Assembly (NCBI RefSeq): GCF_900105765.1
Contig: NZ_FNTX01000001.1
Coordinates: forward strand, 1,086,387-1,150,386
Direction of reading: 5' to 3'
Length of the DNA: 64,000 bases
From: Ruania alba
Lineage (GTDB): Bacteria; Actinomycetota; Actinomycetes; Actinomycetales; Beutenbergiaceae
Positions 13,351-24,543 of the stretch are shown here, one piece after another. The position numbers and the translations under genes are program-made. The notes beneath the pieces were generated by a model, which worked only from the letters and a program-made list of their open reading frames with translations, did not search any database and had not been told where the DNA came from. The first letter of the stretch is position 1. Every line of letters begins with the position of its first letter.

Positions 13351-14945
13351 TTATTGCGCAGGGCGTCGGACTCAGGATCGGTGCTCGGCAACTGCTCGGT
13401 GCCTCCAACTTCCGGATCGACTCCGGAGATCGCATCGGTCTGGTCGGGCGGAACGGGGCAGGCAAGACCACCCTCACCAAGACGCTCGCAGGTGAAGGCG
13501 AACCGACCGAAGGCACCATCACCCGGACCGGGACGGTCGGGTACCTCCCGCAGGACCCACGCACCGGCAACCTCGACCAGCTCGCCCTCGATCGTGTGCT
13601 CTCCGCCCGCAACCTGCACGAGGTGCTGCGCCGCGTGCGCAAGGCCGAGACGGACATGGCCAGCGAGGACGACGCCGTCCGGGCGCGCGCCATGGACCGG
13701 TACACCCGGCTGGACGCCGAGTTCAGTGCCCAGGGTGGCTGGGCAGCTGAGAGCGAAGCGGCGCGGATCACCTCCAACCTCGGCCTGCCCACCTCCGTGC
13801 TCTCCCAACCGCTGCACACCCTCTCCGGTGGGCAACGCCGTCGGGTGGAGCTGGCCCGCATCCTCTTCTCCGACTCCCAGACGCTGCTGCTGGACGAGCC
13901 CACGAACCACCTCGACGCCGACTCGATCGTCTGGTTGCGCGAGTTCCTGGCCAGCTACCCGGGCGGGTTCATCGTGATCAGCCACGACACCGGCCTGCTC
14001 GAAGCCACGGTGAACAAGGTGTATCACCTGGACGCCAACCGTGCCGAGCTGGACATCTACAACCTCGGCTGGCACGCCTATCTCGAACAGCGTGAGACCG
14101 ACGAGCGACGCCGCAAGCGGGAGCGGGCCAACGCCGAGAAGAAGGCCTCCGCTCTGATGGCGCAGGCGGACAAGATGCGCGCGAAAGCCACCAAGGCCGT
14201 GGCGGCACAGAACATGGAGCGCCGGGCGCAGCGGATGCTCGCCGGACTGGACGAGGCCCGTGCCTCCGACAAGGTCGCGAAGCTGCGTTTCCCGGACCCC
14301 GCACCATGCGGGAAGACGCCGATGCGCGCCGAGCGACTGTCCAAGTCCTACGGCTCGCTCGAGGTGTTCACCGACGTCGACCTCGCCATCGATCGCGGCT
14401 CCAAAGTGGTGATCCTCGGGCTCAACGGTGCCGGCAAGACCACCCTGCTTCGCCTGCTGGCCGGCGTGGAGACCAGTGACACCGGTGGCGTACTCCCCGG
14501 GCACGGGCTCAAGGTCGGCTACTACGCCCAGGAGCACGAGACGCTCGACACCAGCCGCACCGTCGTGGAGAACCTCCGATCCGCCGCCCCGGACCTCACC
14601 GATACGCAGGTGCGGAGCGTGCTTGGGTCCTTCCTGTTCTCCGGTGACGATGCCGAGAAGCCCGCCGCGGTGCTCTCCGGCGGGGAGAAGACCAGGCTGG
14701 CGCTCGCCGTCCTGGTGGTTTCCCAGGCCAACGTGCTGCTGCTGGACGAGCCCACGAACAACCTCGACCCGGCCAGCCGCGAGGAGATCCTCGCCGCGCT
14801 GCGCAGCTTCACCGGAGCGGTCGTACTGGTCACGCACGACGAAGGAGCGGTTCAGGCCCTCGAGCCGGAGCGGGTGCTGCTGCTCCCGGACGGTGATGAA
14901 GACCTGTGGAACACCAACTACCTCGAGCTGGTCTCGCTCGCCTGA
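13347..14945 (+). CDS. ABC-F family ATPase (two NBDs, no TMD; ribosome-associated type)
   Basis: GTG 13347 overlaps the DUF368 stop (GTGA). Two Walker A motifs (GRNGAGKTT, GLNGAGKTT), two LSGG signatures, charged linker. ORF 13185..14945 trimmed to 532 aa. Confidence 0.85.
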   Translation: MIIAQGVGLRIGARQLLGASNFRIDSGDRIGLVGRNGAGKTTLTKTLAGEGEPTEGTITRTGTVGYLPQDPRTGNLDQLALDRVLSARNLHEVLRRVRKAETDMASEDDAVRARAMDRYTRLDAEFSAQGGWAAESEAARITSNLGLPTSVLSQPLHTLSGGQRRRVELARILFSDSQTLLLDEPTNHLDADSIVWLREFLASYPGGFIVISHDTGLLEATVNKVYHLDANRAELDIYNLGWHAYLEQRETDERRRKRERANAEKKASALMAQADKMRAKATKAVAAQNMERRAQRMLAGLDEARASDKVAKLRFPDPAPCGKTPMRAERLSKSYGSLEVFTDVDLAIDRGSKVVILGLNGAGKTTLLRLLAGVETSDTGGVLPGHGLKVGYYAQEHETLDTSRTVVENLRSAAPDLTDTQVRSVLGSFLFSGDDAEKPAAVLSGGEKTRLALAVLVVSQANVLLLDEPTNNLDPASREEILAALRSFTGAVVLVTHDEGAVQALEPERVLLLPDGDEDLWNTNYLELVSLA

Positions 14946-15874
14946 GCACCGTCCGAGGAGTCCGGCGGGCGCATCGCTGCCAGCTGGGCGTCGATCATCG
15001 CGTCCTCTTCCTCCTCCGCGCTGGGCCGCCGAGGCCGGCGGGGCGTGTCACGATTCCCGACGGCGTCCGGTCGCCTCGCCGAGGCACCGTCAGCCAGTGC
15101 AGCCGCCTCCCGGCGGGCGAGCACGACGAATCCGACCAGTGAACCGATCGCGAAGACCCACCACTGGAAGGCGTAGGAGAGATGGTTGCCGACGTCCACG
15201 GACGGGCGCGGCAGCGGTGCCGGGGGACGGGCCGTCGTCGGGCTCTCCTCGGCCAGCACACCGTAGGTGCCGGAGACGATCGATCCGGCGACGGCCGCTC
15301 CTGGCGCCGCCTCCTCGAGCACCTGACCGGGGTGGATCGCGCGCACCGACCCGGCAGCCAGCTCACGGTCAGAGGCAGGTTCGGCCCCGCGCAGGCGGAC
15401 GGTGAGGGTGACGTTCCCGTCCGGTAACTCGCGCTCAGCCGCATGATCGCCGAACGCGTCGGTGCGATACCACCCACGATCGATCGCCAACAGCCACGGT
15501 TGCTCCGGATCGCCCGAGTCAGCGACAAAGATCCCCAGCACGTGGTCGGCCGGTGATCCCTCGATCGGGCGCTGGGGGAGCAGCACCGACGGCGTCAGAT
15601 AGGTCCCGCTCACCTGCACCCGGCGCCAGGTGAGGTCGTCGTCCCAGGGGGCGTCCGCCGTCGGGAGCAGTTCGGACAGCGGCACCGGCGCGGCTTCGTA
15701 GTTCGCGGTGACCAGCGCGGCAGCGTCGGCCTTGCCCTGGTAGCGGGTCAGCTGCCAGTGCCCCAGGAGGGTGCACGCCAGGCACACCACCAGCGTGACC
15801 GCCCCGATGCCCGCCCACCGGCGTGATCGGAGGAAGGCGTACCGGGAACCGACCGCTGGTGACGGTTCGGTCAT
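14918..15874 (-). CDS. SURF1 family protein (cytochrome oxidase assembly)
   Basis: N-terminal TM, C-terminal HLSYAFQWWVFAI motif. Start ATG 15872-15874 overlaps the stop of the upstream small gene. Confidence 0.8.
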   Translation of the reverse strand: MTEPSPAVGSRYAFLRSRRWAGIGAVTLVVCLACTLLGHWQLTRYQGKADAAALVTANYEAAPVPLSELLPTADAPWDDDLTWRRVQVSGTYLTPSVLLPQRPIEGSPADHVLGIFVADSGDPEQPWLLAIDRGWYRTDAFGDHAAERELPDGNVTLTVRLRGAEPASDRELAAGSVRAIHPGQVLEEAAPGAAVAGSIVSGTYGVLAEESPTTARPPAPLPRPSVDVGNHLSYAFQWWVFAIGSLVGFVVLARREAAALADGASARRPDAVGNRDTPRRPRRPSAEEEEDAMIDAQLAAMRPPDSSDGAQASETSSR

Positions 15875-16080
15875 GGAGCGGGCAGCTCGGAGACGGGGAC
15901 GGTCTCGCACAGGAAAGATCGTGCCCCGAGGAACTGCTCCAGGTGCTGGCGGTGGTCCTCACACGCCAGCCACGTTTTGCGCCGGTCGGGGGTGTGCAGG
16001 CGGGGGTTGTTCCAGCGCAGTCCCCACGCCGCGGTGGCGCGGCACCCCTTCGCGCTGCAGATCAGCTCGTCGTTCGGCAT
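15871..16080 (-). CDS. small Cys-rich (zinc-ribbon-like) protein, 69 aa
   Basis: MPNDELICSAKGCRATAAW...WLACEDHRQH...FLCE: four Cys arranged as C-x4-C and C...C. Forms the C-terminal segment of ORF 15871..16899. Start 16078-16080. Confidence 0.55.
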   Translation of the reverse strand: MPNDELICSAKGCRATAAWGLRWNNPRLHTPDRRKTWLACEDHRQHLEQFLGARSFLCETVPVSELPAP

Positions 16081-16100
16081 GTTCGCGGGGCTGGTGTTGC

Positions 16101-17227
<1,127 letters not shown>

Positions 17228-17294
17228 GCCGCATCAGGCTCCAGGGACGCTAGGCTCGGCGCCGGATCAACTCATCATCACGGAAGGACACCCC

Positions 17295-18062
17295 ATGGGA
17301 CTGCTCGAGGGGAAGACCCTGCTCGTCACCGGCGTGCTCATGCAGAGCTCGATCGCGTTCTCGGTGGCACGCCTGGCTCAGGAACAGGGCGCCACCGTGG
17401 TGCTCTCCTCGTTCGGTCGCCAGCTCAAGCTCACCCAGGCGATCGCGCGACGCCTCCCGCAGCCCGCGCCGGTGGTCGAGCTCGACGTCACCAACGAGGA
17501 GGATCTGGCTGCCCTGGCCGATCGTGTGTCCGAGCATGTCGACCACCTCGACGGGGTGGTGCACTCGATCGGGTTCGCCCCACAGTCGGTGATGGGCGGC
17601 AACTTCCTCGCCGGTGAGTGGAAGGACGTCTCCACCGCAGTGGAGGTCTCGGCGTTCTCGCTGAAGTCCCTCGCGGTGGCGGCCAAGCCGCTGCTCACCC
17701 GTGGATCGGGCGTGGTGGGCCTGACCTTCGACGCCCAGTACGCCTGGCCGGTCTACGACTGGATGGGCGTGGCCAAGGCCGCGTTCGAGGCCACGGCCAG
17801 GTATCTGGCTCGGGACCTCGGCCCGGACGGGATCCGGGTGAACCTCGTCTCCGCCGGTCCGCTGCGTACCACCGCGGCGAAGTCGATCCCCGGCTTCGAG
17901 GAGATGGAAGGGGGCTGGCCGGACCGGGCACCGCTCGGTTGGGATGTCTCCGACGCCGAGCCCACCGCCCGTACGATCGTGGCCCTGCTCTCGGACTGGT
18001 TCCCGGCCACCACCGCGGAGATCGTGCACGTCGACGGTGGCGTGCACGCCATGGGGCTCTAG
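17295..18062 (+). CDS. inhA: NADH-dependent enoyl-ACP reductase (InhA/FabI)
   Basis: MGLLEGKTLLVTGV...SIAF... and the YDWMGVAKAALE catalytic region typical of InhA. Confidence 0.9.
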   Translation: MGLLEGKTLLVTGVLMQSSIAFSVARLAQEQGATVVLSSFGRQLKLTQAIARRLPQPAPVVELDVTNEEDLAALADRVSEHVDHLDGVVHSIGFAPQSVMGGNFLAGEWKDVSTAVEVSAFSLKSLAVAAKPLLTRGSGVVGLTFDAQYAWPVYDWMGVAKAAFEATARYLARDLGPDGIRVNLVSAGPLRTTAAKSIPGFEEMEGGWPDRAPLGWDVSDAEPTARTIVALLSDWFPATTAEIVHVDGGVHAMGL

Positions 18063-18100
18063 GTCTCGACCAGGTCGTTTTCGTGTCTGAGCGAGAGCTG

Positions 18101-18517
18101 ATGTTCCTGCTCTGCCTGACCCTTGGCCTGTGCTTCGTAGGCGGCACCGTCTGGGCCAGGCGGGGCCGGTCGTTCCGCGCTCGGAGCTGGATGTACACGC
18201 CGGCGGGCCCGATGAGGACCGAGCGGATGGTCATCCTGGGCGCGCCCACCTGTGGATTCGGTCTGCTCGCTCTGAGCGCCGTCGCGCTTCCGCCAGGGGC
18301 CTTCGGTATCGAGTTCCTCACGCCACATGTGCTGAGCGTCGTCATGGTCATGGCGATCATGCTGCTCGGCCTGCTGGCTCTCCCGTTGCTGTACTGGGTA
18401 TTGGTCTTCATCCCGATCCCGGACGTCTGCTATCCCCGATGGGCCAGGGAGGTGCGGCGCGATCGGCGACTGTTTCCGCAGACGAGTCCCGAGCAACCGC
18501 GTGATCCGAGCGATTGA
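18101..18517 (+). CDS. hypothetical membrane protein (3-4 TM)
   Basis: C-terminal part of ORF 17618..18517 after InhA stop. ATG 18101. Hydrophobic helices. Confidence 0.45.
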   Translation: MFLLCLTLGLCFVGGTVWARRGRSFRARSWMYTPAGPMRTERMVILGAPTCGFGLLALSAVALPPGAFGIEFLTPHVLSVVMVMAIMLLGLLALPLLYWVLVFIPIPDVCYPRWAREVRRDRRLFPQTSPEQPRDPSD

Positions 18518-18541
18518 CCGGGCCCAGGTTCAGGGGGCGGT

Positions 18542-19165
18542 TCAGGCTGAATCCCGCTCCACCGGCTGGCGCAGGATCGTGCGCAAGCGTTCCGCCGGCA
18601 TGCGCCGCGGGTCACTGAGGTAGATCTCGTGGTGCCTGCCGGTCCTCCGCAGCCCCTGGGCGGGGATGAACTCGGTGTGCATCGCGGCCAGCACCGGCGC
18701 CTCGTCGTCGTAGGACCCGACGTGCAGGGTCTGCACGCTCAGCCCCTCCTCCAGGGTCTCCAGGCGGACGTGGTCCAACACGGGGGCGCCTCCCTTGTGG
18801 CGCACCCGCTCCCGTGCCGTCTCGACGTGTTCCGCATCGAGCCAGTCCGGCAGGCCGATCATCACTGTCCAGTGCCAGCGTGACTTGTCCCGCTCGGTGG
18901 TGAACGCCGTCATGTCGTCGGCCCACCAGAGTGCCTCCAGGGGCGGTACCACGTAGTCCCGGTCCAGCTCGGTCTTGCTGAGGAACTTCACGACGTAGGC
19001 CACCGGGTACAGCGAGCTGACGGCGTCGGAGTAGTCCACCGACGTGTTCGGGTCGCCCTGCCCGTCGAGCATCAGGTACTGCAGTGGCGGCACCTGCATC
19101 AGGGAGAACTGGCCGTGCCGGGCGGAGTAGGAGGGGATCGTCTTCTTGAGGTCGATCTTCATCAC
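18542..19165 (-). CDS. GyrI-like small-molecule-binding domain protein
   Basis: Family-typical length and conserved ...YLMLDGQGDPNTS...HWTVMIGLPD... pattern. Confidence 0.65.
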   Translation of the reverse strand: MMKIDLKKTIPSYSARHGQFSLMQVPPLQYLMLDGQGDPNTSVDYSDAVSSLYPVAYVVKFLSKTELDRDYVVPPLEALWWADDMTAFTTERDKSRWHWTVMIGLPDWLDAEHVETARERVRHKGGAPVLDHVRLETLEEGLSVQTLHVGSYDDEAPVLAAMHTEFIPAQGLRRTGRHHEIYLSDPRRMPAERLRTILRQPVERDSA

Positions 19166-19212
19166 GCGACTCCCGGCGGTGGCGACAGCACCCGTGGACG
19201 ATACCGCGGACC

Positions 19213-20781
19213 TCAGGTGCGGATGCTTGCCGCCACGAGCCGCTGCTGCCGCTGTGCCAGGAGGTGCTCACCGGTGACCGGGCCGGTGAACGGGAGTCCG
19301 AGCCGTTCGAACTGCGACCGCGGGGCATGGTTGGCTCGCATCAGCTCGACCATCGCGTCGGCGAGGGCGAGCTCGATGTCGTCGTCGACGATGGGGTCCA
19401 GCTGCTGCGGGTCCTGCTGGAGGTCGAACAGCAACGTGCCGAAGTCGTAGGCATTCAGGTTTCCGAACGTGGTGCCCGGCATACGCAACGGTCGCACCCC
19501 CTTCGTGAACGGGAACGGGGCAGCCAGCTCGGTCTCCAGCAGCTCCTCCGGTGCGAACCTCGCCCGCATGTGGGTGGGCATCAGCGTGTGCTCCTCCAGC
19601 GGTGCATTCTCCGGAGAGACGGACGCGCGCATGTAGACGTACCGGCCGTCGGTGACGTTCACATGCCCGCCGAAGCTGCCGAACAGGGCGTGCGAACGGA
19701 TCTGGTGGTCCGCCGCGACCGTGTCGGCCAGGGAGCGGCCCTCCATGTCCGGTGTCGGGTCGCCGTCGAAGTGGTCGAGAAGAGTGGCGGGCAGATCGAT
19801 CGTCTGCACCAGTGCCGACCGACGCTCGCCACGGACACCGCTGCGGGGATCCCACACGAACAGGGGTGTGTGGATCGTCTCGTCGTACCAGGGCTGGACG
19901 ATCTTGCCCCACCATCCGTGCTCACCCAGCAGGAATCCGTGGTCGGTGCAGACGATGAGCATCGTGTCCTCCCACATATTGTGGGCGTCCATGACGTCCA
20001 GTACGCGCCCGAGTGACTCGTCGCACTGGGTCAGCAGAGCCGAGTACTCGTCCCGGGCATGCTGGACCACCTCCGGCGGCTCCGAGACCGGGGCGTAGGG
20101 CGGCCAGTCGAAGTCGGGGCCGTCGTAGTCGCGTCGGTAGTGCTCCTTGTGGCGTTTGGCGGAGAAGAACGGTTCGTGCGGGTCGAACGTCTCGATCTGG
20201 ACCAGCCACCGGTCCTGAGCAGCGTTGGTCTCGATGAACTCGATGCCGGCGTCGAATACCTTCGTCTGCGGATGGTCGGCCTCGTCGGTGAGGTACTGCC
20301 GGTTGATCGCGTCCTGCCGGCGGGCGTCGTGGGCTCCCTGATGCGCGCCGGCACCAGTGTGCGCCGAGGGCGGGGGAGAACCTTCTGTCGACGACGGCAC
20401 ATGGCCCTTCCACTTGTCGCCCTCCTGCCCGCGGAAGAGCTCGAAGGTGGAGAAGCGCTGGTGGTAGGTCGCCCCGCCGTCCTCCCAGTAGTGCTGGTGA
20501 TCGGTGACGAGGTGACTGTAGACGCCGAGCTCGCGCAGTAGCTCCGGCAATGAGTCGTCGAACGGCTCCAGCGGTCCCCACGAGCGATGCAGGAAGTTGT
20601 AGCGACCGGTGTGCAGCTCTCGACGGGCGGGCATGCACGGCATGGAGCCTGCATAGCAGTTGTCGAAGGTGACGGTGCGCTCGGCCAGTCGCTGGAAGTT
20701 CGGCGCGTATGTCGACGTGCAGCCGTACGGGGGCAGGTAACGGCGGTTCAGGGTGTCGAACATGACCACGATGGCCTTCAT
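19213..20781 (-). CDS. sulfatase (formylglycine-dependent arylsulfatase family), no signal peptide
   Basis: CMPARREL = C-x-P-x-R sulfatase signature near the N-terminus, in a sulfatase-like alpha/beta fold. Confidence 0.8.
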   Translation of the reverse strand: MKAIVVMFDTLNRRYLPPYGCTSTYAPNFQRLAERTVTFDNCYAGSMPCMPARRELHTGRYNFLHRSWGPLEPFDDSLPELLRELGVYSHLVTDHQHYWEDGGATYHQRFSTFELFRGQEGDKWKGHVPSSTEGSPPPSAHTGAGAHQGAHDARRQDAINRQYLTDEADHPQTKVFDAGIEFIETNAAQDRWLVQIETFDPHEPFFSAKRHKEHYRRDYDGPDFDWPPYAPVSEPPEVVQHARDEYSALLTQCDESLGRVLDVMDAHNMWEDTMLIVCTDHGFLLGEHGWWGKIVQPWYDETIHTPLFVWDPRSGVRGERRSALVQTIDLPATLLDHFDGDPTPDMEGRSLADTVAADHQIRSHALFGSFGGHVNVTDGRYVYMRASVSPENAPLEEHTLMPTHMRARFAPEELLETELAAPFPFTKGVRPLRMPGTTFGNLNAYDFGTLLFDLQQDPQQLDPIVDDDIELALADAMVELMRANHAPRSQFERLGLPFTGPVTGEHLLAQRQQRLVAASIRT

Positions 20782-20785
20782 CGGC

Positions 20786-21373
20786 TCACTCTCTTCTCGG
20801 TGCGATCGTCCTGTCGCTCAGGTCGTCCAGCATGCTTCGCAGGCGGACCATCCACTCCATGTAGCGGTCGGTTCGCCAGTTGCCATGTACGTGCTGCTCC
20901 TCGCGGAGCGCCTCGAGGGCAGCGATGTTCGCCTCCGGGCGAGCGAACGTGGTGTCGATCGATCGGTCGCGCCCCCGATTGCGGGCGATCTCCTCGGTGC
21001 GAAAGGCAAGCTCTTGGTCGATCAGTTCCAGCGCCCGCGGCAGGTCGAGCAAGGCGCCGACCTCGATGCGGAACTTCAGCTCCGGGTCGTCCAGGTACCC
21101 CTTCGGTGCGTAGGTGCTCGCCAGCCACTCCCGCAGCCGCTGCACTCCCGAATCGGTGATGTGGTACACCTTCGCATCCGGGGCGTTCTGTCGCTTCTCG
21201 ACCTCGAACTCCAGCAGCCCCGCCTCGTGGAGTCGGTTCAGATATCGGTACACCTGGCTCGCGTACCGGTCGTAGCCGATGAACTTCCCCTCCTGCTTGA
21301 GCCAGGCGACGATGTCGTAGCCGCTCATCCGGCGGACCAGCAGCCAGCTCAGCAGGGCGATCTCGAGCTTCAT
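20786..21373 (-). CDS. PadR family transcriptional regulator
   Basis: N-terminal winged helix LLSWLLVRRMSGYDIVAWL..., C-terminal coiled coil. Confidence 0.8.
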   Translation of the reverse strand: MKLEIALLSWLLVRRMSGYDIVAWLKQEGKFIGYDRYASQVYRYLNRLHEAGLLEFEVEKRQNAPDAKVYHITDSGVQRLREWLASTYAPKGYLDDPELKFRIEVGALLDLPRALELIDQELAFRTEEIARNRGRDRSIDTTFARPEANIAALEALREEQHVHGNWRTDRYMEWMVRLRSMLDDLSDRTIAPRRE

Positions 21374-21428
21374 CGTTCATCCTCAGGGGCGTGTGTGTGC
21401 TGGGGCAGGACCGCCTCATCGTAGGCAT

Positions 21429-22286
21429 CTACTTCAGCGCTCCACTGAGGACACCGCTGCGGAAGAACCGCTGCACCAGGAGGAAGCCGATAACGATCGG
21501 AATGCTGATTGCCAGCACGGCGGCCATCAGTAGCGTCCACTGGGTGGAGTTCTCCTGGAAGAAGATCGTCAGTCCCAGCTGGAGGGTGCGCATGTCGTTG
21601 CTGGTGGTGGATACGAGCGGCCAGAGGAAGTCGTTCCAGGCCGCCTGGAAGGCGATGACGGCGACGATCGCGGCCGCCGGCTTGACCAGCGGTGTGTAGA
21701 TGCGGGCGAAGATGTGTACCTCCGATGCGCCATCGACCCGGGCGGCATCCCCGAGTTCGGTCGGGAGACCCGCGTAGAACTGGCGCATCAGGAAGATCGG
21801 CAGGGCGCTCACCAGGTGCGGGAGCATCAGCGCCGGCAGGGTGTCCAGCATGCCGGTGCCCCCCGCACCGAGAATGTCGTTCCCGCCGAGCAACGGCACC
21901 CGCGTGATCATCACGAACAGCGGCACCATGGCAACCTCGGGCGGCACGACGAGCAAGGCGACCACGAGCAGGGTCAGGGTGTTCTTGGCCCGCACAGGGA
22001 GCAGCGCCAGTGCGTACCCGGCTGAGCAGGAGAGGAGGAGCTGGGTCAGCGTACAGACCACGGCCACGGCCACACTGTTGCCGAAGAACCGCACGAAATC
22101 GGTGCTCCCGAAGGCGTCGGCGTAGTTGCCGAGGTCCAGGTGCGTGGGCCACTGACCCAGGTTCTGCCCGCTCGGTGTCAGCGAGATCATCACGATGTAG
22201 CCGACCGGTACCGCGTACAGGGCTGCGAGGATCAGGGCTACGGCCTGCCAGATGCCGGCCGTGCGGCGTGAGGTCTTCATGGTCAT
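21429..22286 (-). CDS. carbohydrate ABC transporter permease (MalG-like)
   Basis: EAA loop DGASEVHIFARIYTPL, 6 TM. Confidence 0.85.
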   Translation of the reverse strand: MTMKTSRRTAGIWQAVALILAALYAVPVGYIVMISLTPSGQNLGQWPTHLDLGNYADAFGSTDFVRFFGNSVAVAVVCTLTQLLLSCSAGYALALLPVRAKNTLTLLVVALLVVPPEVAMVPLFVMITRVPLLGGNDILGAGGTGMLDTLPALMLPHLVSALPIFLMRQFYAGLPTELGDAARVDGASEVHIFARIYTPLVKPAAAIVAVIAFQAAWNDFLWPLVSTTSNDMRTLQLGLTIFFQENSTQWTLLMAAVLAISIPIVIGFLLVQRFFRSGVLSGALK

Positions 22287-22289
22287 GGA

Positions 22290-23216
22290 TCAGTCCTTCC
22301 TGGTCCGCAACAGCACCCGGAGCAGCACCGACAGCACCACCACGAGAACGAAGAGCATGACGGCGATCGCGCACGCGGTCCCGATGTCCAGCCGGAGGAA
22401 CGCCTCGTCATACATCAGGTAGACGAGCGTTCGAGTAGCGTTCACAGGGCCACCACCGGTCATCACGTAGGACTGGGTGAACATCTGCAACGCACCCAGG
22501 AACCAGGTGATGGCCACGAACGAGACGACCTTGGAGATCGAGGGCAGGGTCACCGCGAAGAATCGGCGCACCGGACCGGCGCCGTCCATCATGGCGGCCT
22601 CGGTGAGCTCCTCCGGAACGGACTGCAGGGCGGCCAGCACGATGATCATGAAGTAGCCGAGGTTGCGCCAAAGGCTCATCACGATGATCGACGGCATCGC
22701 GAGCGAGCTGTCCGTGAGGAAGTACACGGGGTGGTCGACTCCGAGCGCACCGAGTGCGGCGTTGATAGGTCCGACGGCCGGATCGAGGAGCAGGTTCCAC
22801 ATCAGCGCCACCACCACGTAGGACGCGGCCTGCGGGATGTAGACGATCGTGCGCATCACCGCCCCGCCGAACAGGGCCCTGTTGAACAGCAGCGCCACGA
22901 AGATGGTGACCACGATCCCGATGAGGACCTGACCGAACGCAAAGCTCACCGTGTTGCGCAACGACTCCCAGTACACGGGGTCACCGAGCACGGTGCGGTA
23001 GTTGCGAAGGCCCACCCACTGCGGAGGTTCGAGCAGGCCGTAGCTGGTGAAGCTGAGCGCGAAGGCCGCGAGCAGTGGGACGAGGGCGGTGATGACGATC
23101 CCGGTGTAGGCCGGTGCGACCAGCAGGTTGCCGGCCCGCCGCTGGCCGCTGCGGAGGTCGACCCGGCCCGTCGAGGGTGCGGACGTCGTCACCGCTGTTG
23201 CCTGATCAGTCAGCAT
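22290..23216 (-). CDS. carbohydrate ABC transporter permease (MalF-like)
   Basis: EAAMMDGAGPVRRFFAVTLP EAA motif, 6 TM. Confidence 0.85.
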   Translation of the reverse strand: MLTDQATAVTTSAPSTGRVDLRSGQRRAGNLLVAPAYTGIVITALVPLLAAFALSFTSYGLLEPPQWVGLRNYRTVLGDPVYWESLRNTVSFAFGQVLIGIVVTIFVALLFNRALFGGAVMRTIVYIPQAASYVVVALMWNLLLDPAVGPINAALGALGVDHPVYFLTDSSLAMPSIIVMSLWRNLGYFMIIVLAALQSVPEELTEAAMMDGAGPVRRFFAVTLPSISKVVSFVAITWFLGALQMFTQSYVMTGGGPVNATRTLVYLMYDEAFLRLDIGTACAIAVMLFVLVVVLSVLLRVLLRTRKD

Positions 23217-24492
23217 TGATGCCGTCGATCGTCGCGTCGAGCTGCTGGAGGGTCTCCTCGACAGACCGTTCCTGCCGGATCGCCGCCTGGAGCGCTGTGT
23301 TGATCTCCTGCTGGATCTCCAGCAGGTTCGGGGACGTCGGCAGCGCCCGTGCGTCGGCGAGGGCGGCGATCAGCTCGGGCTCGGAGTCCTCGAGGTAGGC
23401 CGCATCGGTGAGATCGGACCGGGCCGGCAGCCCGCCGAAGAACTCGGCGTAGCGCTCGGCATTATCCTTGGAAGCGAGCGTGGACACCAGCGCCCAGGCG
23501 GCGTCCGGCTGGTCCGTGGTCGCGGAGATCGCCAGCTTGTTGATCCACGCGATCGTGGTGGGCTCACTTGTCGCCGTGCCGCCTAGCGGAGGGCCGGCGA
23601 CCAGATGGTCCCGGACCTCCGGTGCGAACTCAGCGGCGTTGCGCAGTTGCGTCTGACTGCCGAAGACCATCCCTGCTGTACCCGCGATCGTGGGGCGTGC
23701 GCCGGTGCCTTGGTACACCAGATGCGGGTCGGAGAGGCCAGAGTCGAAGTAGCCGACGAGATACTCGAGCGCGGCGTGGCCTTCGGCGCTGGCGAGGGTG
23801 GAAGCGCCGTCGTCGGAGAAGAACGCCCCGCCGGCCTGGTACAGCAGCTGACTCCACGCCTGCATCATCCCTACCGCGTTGTCCTGGCTCCAGAACGTCG
23901 GGAACTCCAGAGGGCCACCGGACTCGGCGTCCAGTGCTTCGGCGACGGCGCGGTACTCGTCCCAGGTCGTCGGGATGGAGGCACCGACCTGGTCGAGCAG
24001 GTCGGTGCGGTAGAACGGTGCGCGCACGTCGGCGTACACGGGAACGGCGTAGCTGACACCGTCGTAGGTGCCGTCGGCAAGCATGTCGGGATAGATGGCG
24101 TCCTTCTCTGGCCAGTCGGCGAGGTATTCGTCGATCGGGAGGAAGGCGTTCTTGGAGGCGAGTGCGGGCGTCATCACCTGCCCGAGCATCGTGACGTCCG
24201 CGAGGGACCCGCTCGCGGTCGCGGTGAGCAGCTTCTGGAATCCTGAGCCCCAGTCGGACTGGCGAACTTCCACGTCGATCCCGTGCTCCTCGGTGAACGG
24301 CGTGAGAACGGTCTCTCGCAACCAGGTGAGAAATTCCTCGGTGGGTCCGAACAGCATGAGCGAGAGCGAGTCGCCGCTCGAGCCGGATGATGTGCCGCTG
24401 CCACACCCAGCGAGGGCGAGGCCGCCGGCGCCGGCCGCAGCCGTCTGCAGCAGGGTACGCCGGCTGATGGATGTGCGTGATGAGGAGGTCAT
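23206..24492 (-). CDS. sugar ABC transporter substrate-binding lipoprotein (SBP family 1), Tat-type signal
   Basis: SRRTLLQTAAAGAGGLALAGC lipobox/Tat signal. Confidence 0.85.
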   Translation of the reverse strand: MTSSSRTSISRRTLLQTAAAGAGGLALAGCGSGTSSGSSGDSLSLMLFGPTEEFLTWLRETVLTPFTEEHGIDVEVRQSDWGSGFQKLLTATASGSLADVTMLGQVMTPALASKNAFLPIDEYLADWPEKDAIYPDMLADGTYDGVSYAVPVYADVRAPFYRTDLLDQVGASIPTTWDEYRAVAEALDAESGGPLEFPTFWSQDNAVGMMQAWSQLLYQAGGAFFSDDGASTLASAEGHAALEYLVGYFDSGLSDPHLVYQGTGARPTIAGTAGMVFGSQTQLRNAAEFAPEVRDHLVAGPPLGGTATSEPTTIAWINKLAISATTDQPDAAWALVSTLASKDNAERYAEFFGGLPARSDLTDAAYLEDSEPELIAALADARALPTSPNLLEIQQEINTALQAAIRQERSVEETLQQLDATIDGINAD

Positions 24493-24521
24493 TCCGGTAT
24501 CTCCGTCGATAGCGGTTAGGG

Positions 24522-24543
24522 GCTAAGTGAAAAATCACTTAGC
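24522..24543. promoter_or_regulatory. perfect inverted repeat GCTAAGTGA-AAAA-TCACTTAGC in promoter of SBP-permease-PadR-sulfatase operon (candidate PadR operator)
   Basis: Seen directly. 30-50 bp upstream of ATG 24492, in an AT-rich patch. Confidence 0.4.

Noticed and set aside
13230-14837. 535-aa minus-strand ORF opposite the ABC-F gene
   Set aside because: Antisense artefact. ABC-F has duplicated Walker/signature motifs.
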